NCBI GenBank assembly: GCA_963836185.1
Contig: CAWIIQ010000001.1
Coordinates: 1,504,001 to 1,568,000 of the forward strand
Direction: 5' to 3'
Source: Candidatus Krumholzibacteriia bacterium
Lineage (GTDB): Bacteria; Krumholzibacteriota; Krumholzibacteriia; Krumholzibacteriales; Krumholzibacteriaceae
Length of the DNA: 64,000 bases
The position numbers and the translations under genes were made by a program. Shown one piece after another: positions 9,007-19,398 of the stretch (position 1 is the first letter of the stretch; each line of letters begins with the position of its first letter). The notes beneath the pieces are model-generated. The model was not told where the DNA came from, did not search any database, and saw nothing but the letters and a program-made list of their open reading frames with translations.

Positions 9007-10952
9007 GCGAGCGAAAAGTCGGCGTATACATCTGTCACTGCGGGGGAAACATCTCCGACTACGTCGATGTCGAGAAGGTGAAGGCCGCCGTTGAAGAGGA
9101 ACTGGGCGTCACCGTATCGAGGACGACGATGTTCACCTGCTCGGATGCCTCGCAGACTGATATGGTCGCTGATATCAAGGAGCAGGGACTCGACGGCATG
9201 GTAGTCGCTTCCTGCTCGCCGAAGCTCCATCTGACCACCTTCAGGGCAGTTGCCGAGAGGGCAGGCCTCAACCAGTTCCAGTATGTCCAGGTGAACATAC
9301 GCGAGCAGTGTTCCTGGGCACATTCCGATGACAAGGAAGGTGCGACGGAAAAGGCTATCGGCCTCGTAAAGGGAGGTCTCGAGAAGGTTAAGCTGACCGA
9401 GCCTCTTGAGCCGATTAGGGTCACTTCGATAAAAAGCGTGCTCGTCCTCGGCGCCGGAGTCGCAGGGATGCGCGCCGCTCTCGAGATGGCCGACCTGGGA
9501 GTCGATGTATTTCTCGTGGAGAGGGATCATTTCATCGGCGGGGAGGTGGCGAAACTCGGCAAGATGTACCCGTCTGGAAAGAATGGTGGAGAGGTCGCTG
9601 CCGAATTGTACGACGACCTGAAAAAGAAAACGAACATTCACCTCTTCACCGGCGCCGAGATGACGTCGAAAGAGGGATACATAGGCAACTTCAATGTACG
9701 TGTGCGCATAAGGCCCAGGTTCGTGACCGGGACCGAAGGCGACTTCGAGAAGGCGGAGAAGGAGTGCCCCGTAGAGGTCCCGAGCGAGATGGACAGGGGG
9801 CTGAAGACCAGAAAAGCTATTTATCGTCCTTCGGGAAACGCGAGACCGGAGAGATGGGCGATCGACGCTGAAGCCTGCACGATGTGCGGACTATGCGCGG
9901 AGATCTGCCCCGGATCGATAGATCTTCAGCAGAAGGAAGAATTCATGATGCTCGATGCCGGCGCGATAATCACGGCAACGGGTTTTGACAGCTATTCACC
10001 TTCTGAAGGTGAATTCGGGTTCGGCACCGGCGGCGTGGTTACCCTTCCTCAGTTCGAGAGTATTGTTAAAAATACTGGTAGCAGGCTCGAATATGGGGGG
10101 CGGGAAGTCCGCGATGTGGTTTTCATATACTGCGTCGGCAGCAGGCAAAGCAGAGATATAGACAACGCCAACAGATACTGCAGCCGCTTTTGTTGCAATG
10201 CCGCCGTCGGAGCCGCCTTGAATGTAACAGAGAAGATAGAGGGCCTGCGCACCTGGCACCTCTACAGGGACGTCAGGACATACGGGAAGTTCGAGCTCCT
10301 TTACGAACAGGCTTCGAAGGACGGGGCGGTCTTCTGCCGATTCGACCAGAAAAAGCCTCCCGTCGTCGAGGACGAGGGAGAGAGGCTTCTCGTAAGGGTA
10401 AACGATCTGCTCACCGGCGGGGACGAGATAGGCATCAGCGCCGACCTTGTGGTGCTCGTCACCGGAATGGTGCCGGCTCCGAACGGGGAGCTCACATCGA
10501 TCCTTCGCCTGCCGATCGGTGAGGATGGATTCTTCAACGAGATCCATACAAAACTGCGGCCCGTAGAGACTGTGATCGATGGAGTATATATCGGAGGCTG
10601 CAGCCAGGGACCGAAGAACTCCTCTGAATCGATAGCGTCATCGCTTTCATGCGTCGCTAAGGCAGCCGCTCTCCTGGTCAAGGGTTACGTCGACCTTCAG
10701 CCTTTCATAGCGTACGTGGAAAACGATCTCTGCAAGTGGTGCGGCGAATGCGAAAAAGCGTGCCCCTATTCAGCCATAGAGAAAGCTGTCGTCGACGGGA
10801 AAGAAATAGCTGTAGTCAAGGATGTGTTATGCAAGGGCTGCGGAGCCTGCCTTCCGGTATGCCCTTATGACGCGACACAGCTCAAGGGATTCACCGACGA
10901 CCAGATAAAATCGATGATTGAAGCTTTCGCCTCGGAGGCAGCTGGTGTCTGA
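9003..10952 (+). CDS. hdrA: Heterodisulfide reductase subunit A family protein (HdrA/QmoB-like)
   Basis: VGVYICHCGGNI, ASCSPKLH, NIREQCSWAH, GAGVAG, CVGSR..CSRFCC, H.KLRPVET, C-terminal CKWCGECEKACP and CKGCGACLPVCP. Confidence 0.92.
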   Translation: MSERKVGVYICHCGGNISDYVDVEKVKAAVEEELGVTVSRTTMFTCSDASQTDMVADIKEQGLDGMVVASCSPKLHLTTFRAVAERAGLNQFQYVQVNIREQCSWAHSDDKEGATEKAIGLVKGGLEKVKLTEPLEPIRVTSIKSVLVLGAGVAGMRAALEMADLGVDVFLVERDHFIGGEVAKLGKMYPSGKNGGEVAAELYDDLKKKTNIHLFTGAEMTSKEGYIGNFNVRVRIRPRFVTGTEGDFEKAEKECPVEVPSEMDRGLKTRKAIYRPSGNARPERWAIDAEACTMCGLCAEICPGSIDLQQKEEFMMLDAGAIITATGFDSYSPSEGEFGFGTGGVVTLPQFESIVKNTGSRLEYGGREVRDVVFIYCVGSRQSRDIDNANRYCSRFCCNAAVGAALNVTEKIEGLRTWHLYRDVRTYGKFELLYEQASKDGAVFCRFDQKKPPVVEDEGERLLVRVNDLLTGGDEIGISADLVVLVTGMVPAPNGELTSILRLPIGEDGFFNEIHTKLRPVETVIDGVYIGGCSQGPKNSSESIASSLSCVAKAAALLVKGYVDLQPFIAYVENDLCKWCGECEKACPYSAIEKAVVDGKEIAVVKDVLCKGCGACLPVCPYDATQLKGFTDDQIKSMIEAFASEAAGV

Positions 10953-11223
10953 TACGATTGACGAAAGATTCCCGGAGTCGAGCCTTATCGCGGGGCAGCG
11001 CCGCGAGGTGGCCAGGCGTGAACCCGGCATGAGAAAGAAGATCCTTGAAACTCTCGAGTCAGGGCCGAAGACCGTTCCTGAGATCGCCGAAGAGCTTGGA
11101 CTGCCTTCGAAGGATGTTCTGTGGTGGGTCATGGGATGCGTCAGGTACAACTTTGTCGAACCCACAGGAGAGACGACGGCGGATGATTACCATAAGTACC
11201 GGATCGCCGGGAGGGACGAGTAA
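10945..11223 (+). CDS. Small winged-helix protein embedded in hdr operon
   Basis: GTG start after GGAGG (10934); ILETLESGPKTVPEIAEELGLPSKDV HTH-like; overlaps both neighbours. Confidence 0.75.
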   Translation: MSDTIDERFPESSLIAGQRREVARREPGMRKKILETLESGPKTVPEIAEELGLPSKDVLWWVMGCVRYNFVEPTGETTADDYHKYRIAGRDE

Positions 11224-12302
11224 TGGACAGGGTCGATCCTCGCATAGCTGAGGAGATGAAAAAACTCGGCGCTTTCGATCTCGATGCATGCTATAGCTGC
11301 GGTCACTGCAGTGCGCTTTGCCCTTTGTGCGAGAGTGATATATCGTTTCCCAGGAGGATGATCAGATACTCGATGCTCGGCCTCGAGGACCGTATCCTTG
11401 CTTCTCCGGAACCCTGGATGTGCTACTACTGCGGTGAGTGCAGCGAGACCTGCCCGAGGCAGGCCGACCCCGGCAGCCTTATGATGGCCACACGCAGGTT
11501 CGTCACGAGGCGTTTCGTTCTCGGCAGGATCGCCGATCTGTTCTATTCAGCTTTCGCGTCAGTGATCACGTGGATCACCCTGAGCGCTCTTGCCGTCCTC
11601 TGGATACTCCTCTCTTACGACAGCGGGATGGACATGGAAAAGGTCGATTTTCTCTCCTTCATCCATCTCGAGCCGATCCATGACGCTGGTATCGGTGTTA
11701 CTGCCTTTATCGGACTGGCTATGCTGCTAAACATATCGGTCATGCTGCGGGCAGTAAAAAGAGGGTTCAAAGCCGAGAAGACAGGTTTCAGGGATATGGC
11801 AAAAGCGGCCGGTTTCGCACTGGCCGAATCGGCTACCCAGCAGAGGTTCGATCTGTGTTCAAGGGACAGGACGAAACGCTGGGCTCACATTGCGATCTCC
11901 TGGGGTTTTGTCGGGATGTTCATCGCGACGGTCCTCGTCATGGGGATCGACTACAAGATAATCGACATCAGCAGGGCGATCCCGTTCGCTTTTGGTACGG
12001 TGTTCGGCGCGTTGACCGTAGCCGGAACGGGCTGGTTCCTCATCCAGAGGATCAGGAAAAGCAGCGAATCGATGAAGTATTCTCACCTGAGCGACTGGAT
12101 GTTCCTGGTACTCATACTTGCTTCGGTCCTGACAGGATACGTGATGGTCATGTTCAAGTATCTCAACATGCCCATGGCGGCCTACATCTCGTTCGCCGTT
12201 CACCTCGTGGCGGTCTTCGACCTTCTCATATCGTTCCCGTTCACGAAATTCGCTCATATGGTATACAGGCCCATGGCGCTATGGCTCTCGGGCCTCAAGT
12301 AA
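11223..12302 (+). CDS. QmoC-like protein: 4Fe-4S dicluster domain plus NarI-like membrane domain
   Basis: CYSCGHCSALCP, CYYCGECSETCP; about 6 TM segments; WAH..ISWGF, VHL, PFTKFAHMVYRP. Confidence 0.85.
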   Translation: MDRVDPRIAEEMKKLGAFDLDACYSCGHCSALCPLCESDISFPRRMIRYSMLGLEDRILASPEPWMCYYCGECSETCPRQADPGSLMMATRRFVTRRFVLGRIADLFYSAFASVITWITLSALAVLWILLSYDSGMDMEKVDFLSFIHLEPIHDAGIGVTAFIGLAMLLNISVMLRAVKRGFKAEKTGFRDMAKAAGFALAESATQQRFDLCSRDRTKRWAHIAISWGFVGMFIATVLVMGIDYKIIDISRAIPFAFGTVFGALTVAGTGWFLIQRIRKSSESMKYSHLSDWMFLVLILASVLTGYVMVMFKYLNMPMAAYISFAVHLVAVFDLLISFPFTKFAHMVYRPMALWLSGLK

Positions 12303-12327
12303 GTCTTTCTCATTCAAGGAGGCGGAA

Positions 12328-12810
12328 GTGTCAGAAGGAAATACTGCGGAAAAGGTAAGTCTGGTCATCATGAGTGGTGATATGGACAAGGTCATGGGCG
12401 CTTTTATCATCGCTAACGGCGCGGCCGCGTTTGATATGGAAGTGACGATGTTCTTCACCTTCTGGGGCCTGAAGGCTATCCAGAAGGGGAACCTCACCGG
12501 CAATAGTTTCTTCGGGAAGATGCTCGGCATGATGAACCGCGGCGGGATCGACAACATCGGCCCTTCGAAATTCAACTTCGGCGGTATGGGCCGCTGGATG
12601 TTCAAGAAGATGATGGGTAATCATAATGTCACTCCTCTGCCGAAGATGCTTTCGCAGGCACAGGAACTCGGTGTCAAGCTCATCGCCTGTGAGATGAGCA
12701 TGAACGTAATGGAGATCGGGAAATCCGACCTGATCGATGGAGTAGGGATCGGCGGCGTTGGCACTTTCATCGCCGAGGCTTCCGAGTCAAAGATACAGCT
12801 CTTTATCTGA
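12328..12810 (+). CDS. DsrE/DsrF/DrsH-like (DsrE2-type) sulfur relay protein
   Basis: SGDMDK, IIANGAAA, MFFTFWGL, GVKLIACEMSM. Confidence 0.9.
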   Translation: MSEGNTAEKVSLVIMSGDMDKVMGAFIIANGAAAFDMEVTMFFTFWGLKAIQKGNLTGNSFFGKMLGMMNRGGIDNIGPSKFNFGGMGRWMFKKMMGNHNVTPLPKMLSQAQELGVKLIACEMSMNVMEIGKSDLIDGVGIGGVGTFIAEASESKIQLFI

Positions 12811-12838
12811 CGAGGCAGGGTCCTTGGCTGGTAGCAGG

Positions 12839-13405
12839 ATGACAGGACTCGAGTTCCATCCCTTCACTGAGGACAGGTGGAGCGACTTCGCCGCGCTTTT
12901 CGGTAAAAGAGGCGCCTGTGGCGGGTGCTGGTGCATGTGGTGGAGGCAGACAGCGAAAGAGTATGAGGCCTCCAAGGGCGAGAAGAACCGCAGGAAAATG
13001 AAGAAGATAGTGATCTCGGGAGATATTCCCGGGGTCCTTGCTTATCATGACGGCGAACCGGTCGGATGGTGCGCCGTTGCTCCACGTTCGGAATATACCC
13101 GTCTTGCAAGGTCCAGGATACTCAAGCCTGTCGATGACAGACCTGTCTGGTCGATAGTGTGTCTCTTCGTGGCGAAAGAATCCCGCGGTATGGGCGTCTC
13201 GAGCGCGCTTATCTCAGCCGCTGTGGATTTTGTCCGCGAGAAAGGCGGGAAGACCGTAGAGGCGTACCCTGTGGAGCCGAAGAAAAAGATGCCGGACGCA
13301 TTCGCCTTCCACGGACTGGCAGTGTCATACTCGAGAGCCGGCTTCAGGGAAGTGGCCCGTCGCTCGGAGACGAGGCCTGTGATGAGATTCGAGATCGAGG
13401 TTTGA
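12839..13405 (+). CDS. GNAT-family N-acetyltransferase
   Basis: GACGGCWCMWW, VGWCAVAPR, WSIVCLFV..RGMGVS, VEAYP. Confidence 0.88.
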   Translation: MTGLEFHPFTEDRWSDFAALFGKRGACGGCWCMWWRQTAKEYEASKGEKNRRKMKKIVISGDIPGVLAYHDGEPVGWCAVAPRSEYTRLARSRILKPVDDRPVWSIVCLFVAKESRGMGVSSALISAAVDFVREKGGKTVEAYPVEPKKKMPDAFAFHGLAVSYSRAGFREVARRSETRPVMRFEIEV

Positions 13406-13434
13406 AGGGCGGTCTGCCTGGGAAATGAATCGTG

Positions 13435-13462
13435 AGAGAGCCTGCTTGAGGCTCTTTTTTTT
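13435..13462 (+). terminator. Rho-independent terminator
   Basis: AGAGCCT-loop-AGGCTCT followed by T-run. Confidence 0.75.
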
Positions 13463-13549
13463 ATCACGTGGTTCCTTCCCCGGGTGAAGCTGTGTATAAT
13501 CGCCATGTTTGAGATGACGATAATCTCCAGCTGACGAAAGGAATATCGG

Positions 13550-14989
13550 TTGAATATAAGAACGGGCAGCATCGCGGCTCTTCTGGTCATAATAATGCTA
13601 ACAGGAAAGGTCGCGGGAGAAGAGAACCCGGATAAAGCATATGATTCCATAGATCCCATGAAGGTCTACGGATACTGCAGCGAACTCGCGTCACCGAAGT
13701 ACTCAGGCAGGCTCACCGGTCACGAAGGGTACACGGCGTCGGCGCAGTGGGCTGCCGGGAAATTCGAGGAATGGGGCTTGAAACCGGTAGCGGGGGCTGA
13801 GGGGTATCTGCTCCCCTTCGGATGCCCGTACACGATCGTGGATACAGCGTCGATGGTGCTCATAGGGTCGGATGGCGGGGTCAGAGAACTCTCTGTCCTT
13901 GAGGATTTCATGCCGATGCTCTATACGGACGGGGGAGAAGTCGAGGCCGGGCTGGTGTTTGCCGGATGGGGAATACACGCGCCAGACCTGGATTATGATG
14001 ACTATTCCGGGATAGACATCAAGGGAAAGTTCGTCCTCTGTTTCCGGGGGACGCCGGACAGGTCGGAAGAGGGGTTCAAGAAATATGACCATCACAGGAA
14101 GCGGATGGAGACCGCGAAGGAAATGGGCGCGGCAGGCCTCTTCTACATCTATGACGAGCCGATGGCCAACCCTAACGGAGATTTACAGGACTCGTTCATT
14201 TGCGGGATGATAAGCGCCCATGCAGCAGACACTATCCTCGACTCGAAAGGCATGACATCCGCCGGGCTCAGGAAATCACTGACCGACAATAAGAGAACTG
14301 ATTCCTTCGATACCCGTTGGAGGGTGAAGTTTTCCGCGGAAGTAAGGCATTTCCCTGAAGCTGTCGGATACAACGCGGCCGCGGTCCTCGAGGGAGCCGA
14401 CCCGGAGTTGAAAGATCAATGTGTAATACTCGGTGCGCATCTCGACCACTGCGGGGAGCACATGGGGATCATATTTCCCGGGGCCCAGGACAACGCGAGC
14501 GGAAGCGCCGTGGTGATGGAGATAGCGGAGGCATTCTCGAAGCTCGATGAACGGCCAGCGCGTTCGGTCGTCTTCGTTCTCTTCGGGGCGGAAGAGATGG
14601 GGCTTCTCGGTTCCTACAGTTTCGCGGATCACGCGGCCCGTCATTACGATTCGATAGACGCGATGCTGAATTTTGATATGGTCGGCGAAGGCGACGGGAT
14701 AAATTGCGGGATAACACCTGACCCGGATGGGATGAAAGCTACGATCCTCAAGGCGGATGAATGCGTCTTTGCGCTGAGGAGAACATGGGAGATTAAGAAT
14801 GTGGGAGTGAGATCATCCGATTACGCCCCTTTCTTCCTGAAGGGTGCTGCATGCGCCGCTTTGTTCTCCAACGGGCCGCACCTGCATTATCACAAGCCTG
14901 GAGATACGATCTATCGCATCAATCCGGACATGATGGCGGATGCGGCAAGGTTGGGATTCCTGGCGGCGCGTTTGCGTGCGGAGAGGTAA
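13550..14989 (+). CDS. Secreted M28 family peptidase with PA domain
   Basis: Signal peptide; GRLTG, VFAGWGI, GAHLDH, GAQDNASG, FGAEEMGLLGS, NFDMVG, SSDY, YHKPGD. Confidence 0.9.
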   Translation: MNIRTGSIAALLVIIMLTGKVAGEENPDKAYDSIDPMKVYGYCSELASPKYSGRLTGHEGYTASAQWAAGKFEEWGLKPVAGAEGYLLPFGCPYTIVDTASMVLIGSDGGVRELSVLEDFMPMLYTDGGEVEAGLVFAGWGIHAPDLDYDDYSGIDIKGKFVLCFRGTPDRSEEGFKKYDHHRKRMETAKEMGAAGLFYIYDEPMANPNGDLQDSFICGMISAHAADTILDSKGMTSAGLRKSLTDNKRTDSFDTRWRVKFSAEVRHFPEAVGYNAAAVLEGADPELKDQCVILGAHLDHCGEHMGIIFPGAQDNASGSAVVMEIAEAFSKLDERPARSVVFVLFGAEEMGLLGSYSFADHAARHYDSIDAMLNFDMVGEGDGINCGITPDPDGMKATILKADECVFALRRTWEIKNVGVRSSDYAPFFLKGAACAALFSNGPHLHYHKPGDTIYRINPDMMADAARLGFLAARLRAER

Positions 14990-15152
14990 GGTCTCCTGGA
15001 TGAGAGAAGCTCGTCGAAGGATATTATGTCAACTGATGTTGACAAAATCGGGGTTGCCGTCTAGACTGCCTTTCAAGCGGTAGATTCGCAATCGTTCTGA
15101 ATCAGGAATGACGGGCATCAGGATCATCGGCGCCAGGGCCGGAGGAAGACAT

Positions 15153-15911
15153 ATGGGGGAAAACAATACAGACAGCAGGACGGGGATCAGTGAACGAGAG
15201 GTCGAGGAACTTCGTGTCAGGATAGGTCTGCTCGAGGGAGAACTGGCTATAAGGGATGGGCTTGAGGTCCTGGCCGGAGGCATCGCCCATGACTTTAATA
15301 ACCTGCTGACGGTAATCCTCAACAATGTATCGCTCATGAAGCTCGAGGCCCAGACTGGAAGCGGGACAATGGTAAGTCTCGAGGAAATGGAAAAGGCTAC
15401 GCTGAAAGCTCGCGATCTTGCATGGAAACTGCTGAATATAGCCGGCAACGGGTCATCTTCGTCCTCCGAGGATGGTTTTGCCGCGACAGGCGAGGCCAGT
15501 TATGAAAACCTGACAGGATCGGGAAGGATACTGCTGGTCGATGACGAGGAGGATGTCAGGACGAGTACAAGCGCCGCGCTGAGCAAACTCGGTTATACAG
15601 TGGTAATGGCTGAAAGCGGATCAAAGGCGATCGAGATATTCTGCCAGTCTGCCGATGAAGGAAGGCCATTCGATGTTGTCATCCTCGACCTGACCGTTCA
15701 CAGCGGTAAAGGGGGGAAAGAGACCGTTTCGAGCCTTAAACGGATCGACCCTGACGTCAAGGCGGTTGTATCCAGCGGATACGCCAATGATACCGTGATG
15801 ACTGAATTCGGTGAATTCGGTTTCTCCGGCAAGCTTGCAAAACCGTATACGATGGAAGACCTGGGACGTGTGATCAAGGGCGTTCTGGATGATTCCGCAG
15901 GCAACTCCTGA
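15153..15911 (+). CDS. HisKA (DHp)-receiver domain protein lacking HATPase_c
   Basis: LAGGIAHDFNNLL H-box, Ser-rich linker, then ILLVDDE, VILDLT, SSGY, LAKPY. Confidence 0.8.
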   Translation: MGENNTDSRTGISEREVEELRVRIGLLEGELAIRDGLEVLAGGIAHDFNNLLTVILNNVSLMKLEAQTGSGTMVSLEEMEKATLKARDLAWKLLNIAGNGSSSSSEDGFAATGEASYENLTGSGRILLVDDEEDVRTSTSAALSKLGYTVVMAESGSKAIEIFCQSADEGRPFDVVILDLTVHSGKGGKETVSSLKRIDPDVKAVVSSGYANDTVMTEFGEFGFSGKLAKPYTMEDLGRVIKGVLDDSAGNS

Positions 15912-16018
15912 CCCGGCATTCAAGACTTTACAATATGGACACAGAACGCCTTATCTGATAAAATTCCATCCTGTCAGTAAGTGAATCCACGCGAATATTC
16001 TAGTACGGAGGTGCGGAG

Positions 16019-17176
16019 ATCAATTTCGGACTGAGTGAAGAACAGAAGGTGCTGCGGCACAGTATACGGGAATTTGCCGAGAAAGAGATCGGGCCGAAGG
16101 CACAGGAGCTCGATGAAAAGGAAGAGTTCTCCGTAGAGCTTACCAGGAAGATGGCCGATCTTGGCCTGTTCGGGATATTTGTACCGGAGAAGTACGGTGG
16201 TTCCGGAATGGGCTACCTCTCCTACATAATCGCTATCGAAGAGCTTGCCAGGGTGGACGGTTCGCACGCGGCTACCGTAGCTGCGGGGAATTCGCTCGGG
16301 ATAGGCCCTGTTAACTATTACGGCAGTGAAGAGCAGAAGAATGAATGGCTTCCCAGGCTTTGCTGCGGAGAGATCCTCGCCTCATTCGGGCTTACAGAAG
16401 CTGACGCGGGCTCAGACGCTGGGGCGAGCAAGACTTCTGCCGAACTCAAAGACGGTGAATGGATCATTAACGGAAGCAAGATATTCATCACCAATTCCAC
16501 GAATGAACTCGCGGCGGTATGCACGGTGCAGTGCGTTTCAGGCAAGAGGCCTGATGGGAAGAAAGAGATGTCCTGCATCCTCGTTCCTAACGGAACCCCT
16601 GGATTCGAGGCCAGGAAGATGACAGGCAAGATGATGTGGAGGGCGTCCGACACCGGCGAACTCTATTTCGACAACTGTCGTGTGCCGGAGCAGAATCTTC
16701 TCGGCAAGAGGGGCGAGGGCTTCCACCAGATGCTCGAGACACTCGACAACGGCAGGCTCGCGATAGCGGCTATGGGGCTCGGCGGCGCGCAGGGCGCGTT
16801 CGAGCTGGCCCTGAAGTATGCCAGGGAACGTGAGCAGTTCGGATCGAAGATATGCATGTTTCAGGCGAACGCATTCAAACTCGCCGATATGGCTACTTCG
16901 ATCGAGGCGTCGCGGAATCTTCTCTACAAAGCCTGTCGCCTCAAAGACGCGGGACTTCCATTCTCTAAGGAAGCGGCGATGTCGAAGCTCTATTGCTCTG
17001 AAACGATGGGCAGAGTGGTTGATGAGGCTGTCCAGATATTCGGAGGGTACGGCCTGATGCGTGAATACGATGTCGAGAGATTCTACCGTGACTATAAACT
17101 GCTCACGATAGGAGAGGGCACTTCGGAAGTGCAGCGCATTGTAATATCAAGACAGATAGGCTGTTGTGACGAATAG
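16019..17176 (+). CDS. Acyl-CoA dehydrogenase (short-chain type); probable ATC start
   Basis: FGLTEADAGSD, INGSKIFITN, GRLAIAAMGLG, REQFG, QIFGGYG, IGEGTSEVQR; in-frame (I)NFGLSEEQ after GGAGGT. Confidence 0.92.
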   Translation: MNFGLSEEQKVLRHSIREFAEKEIGPKAQELDEKEEFSVELTRKMADLGLFGIFVPEKYGGSGMGYLSYIIAIEELARVDGSHAATVAAGNSLGIGPVNYYGSEEQKNEWLPRLCCGEILASFGLTEADAGSDAGASKTSAELKDGEWIINGSKIFITNSTNELAAVCTVQCVSGKRPDGKKEMSCILVPNGTPGFEARKMTGKMMWRASDTGELYFDNCRVPEQNLLGKRGEGFHQMLETLDNGRLAIAAMGLGGAQGAFELALKYAREREQFGSKICMFQANAFKLADMATSIEASRNLLYKACRLKDAGLPFSKEAAMSKLYCSETMGRVVDEAVQIFGGYGLMREYDVERFYRDYKLLTIGEGTSEVQRIVISRQIGCCDE

Positions 17177-17218
17177 ATAAGGTGTATTCGAGGTGATGTG
17201 CCGTCCCTGAACGGTGAG

Positions 17219-17242
17219 GGCCGCCGGTTGCGACCGGCGGCC
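17219..17242. terminator. GC-rich hairpin between convergent genes
   Basis: GGCCGCCGGT-TGCG-ACCGGCGGCC perfect 10-bp stem. Confidence 0.6.
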
Positions 17243-17253
17243 TGATCTTATTA

Positions 17254-19212
<1,959 letters not shown>

Positions 19213-19398
19213 CCTCCAGTCCTTTCGGTTATGTATTTATTCAACGATGACTGATTATGACGATTATGGGTATTTACCGTCAATTTATTTCAGGCTTTCT
19301 GTTTTGGAGTGAACAAGGGTGCATTCTGTGATAGATTCTGCGAAACATTCACATCATCCTGCTCAGCTTATTCGTCACAGCCGGAAAGGGAGAATAAA

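Noticed and set aside
7350-9641. Long antisense ORFs (for example 7350..9641, 3904..4941, 38505..39770, 44760..45809)
   Set aside because: They shadow well-supported genes on the opposite strand and have no motifs, as expected from codon bias in GC-rich DNA.
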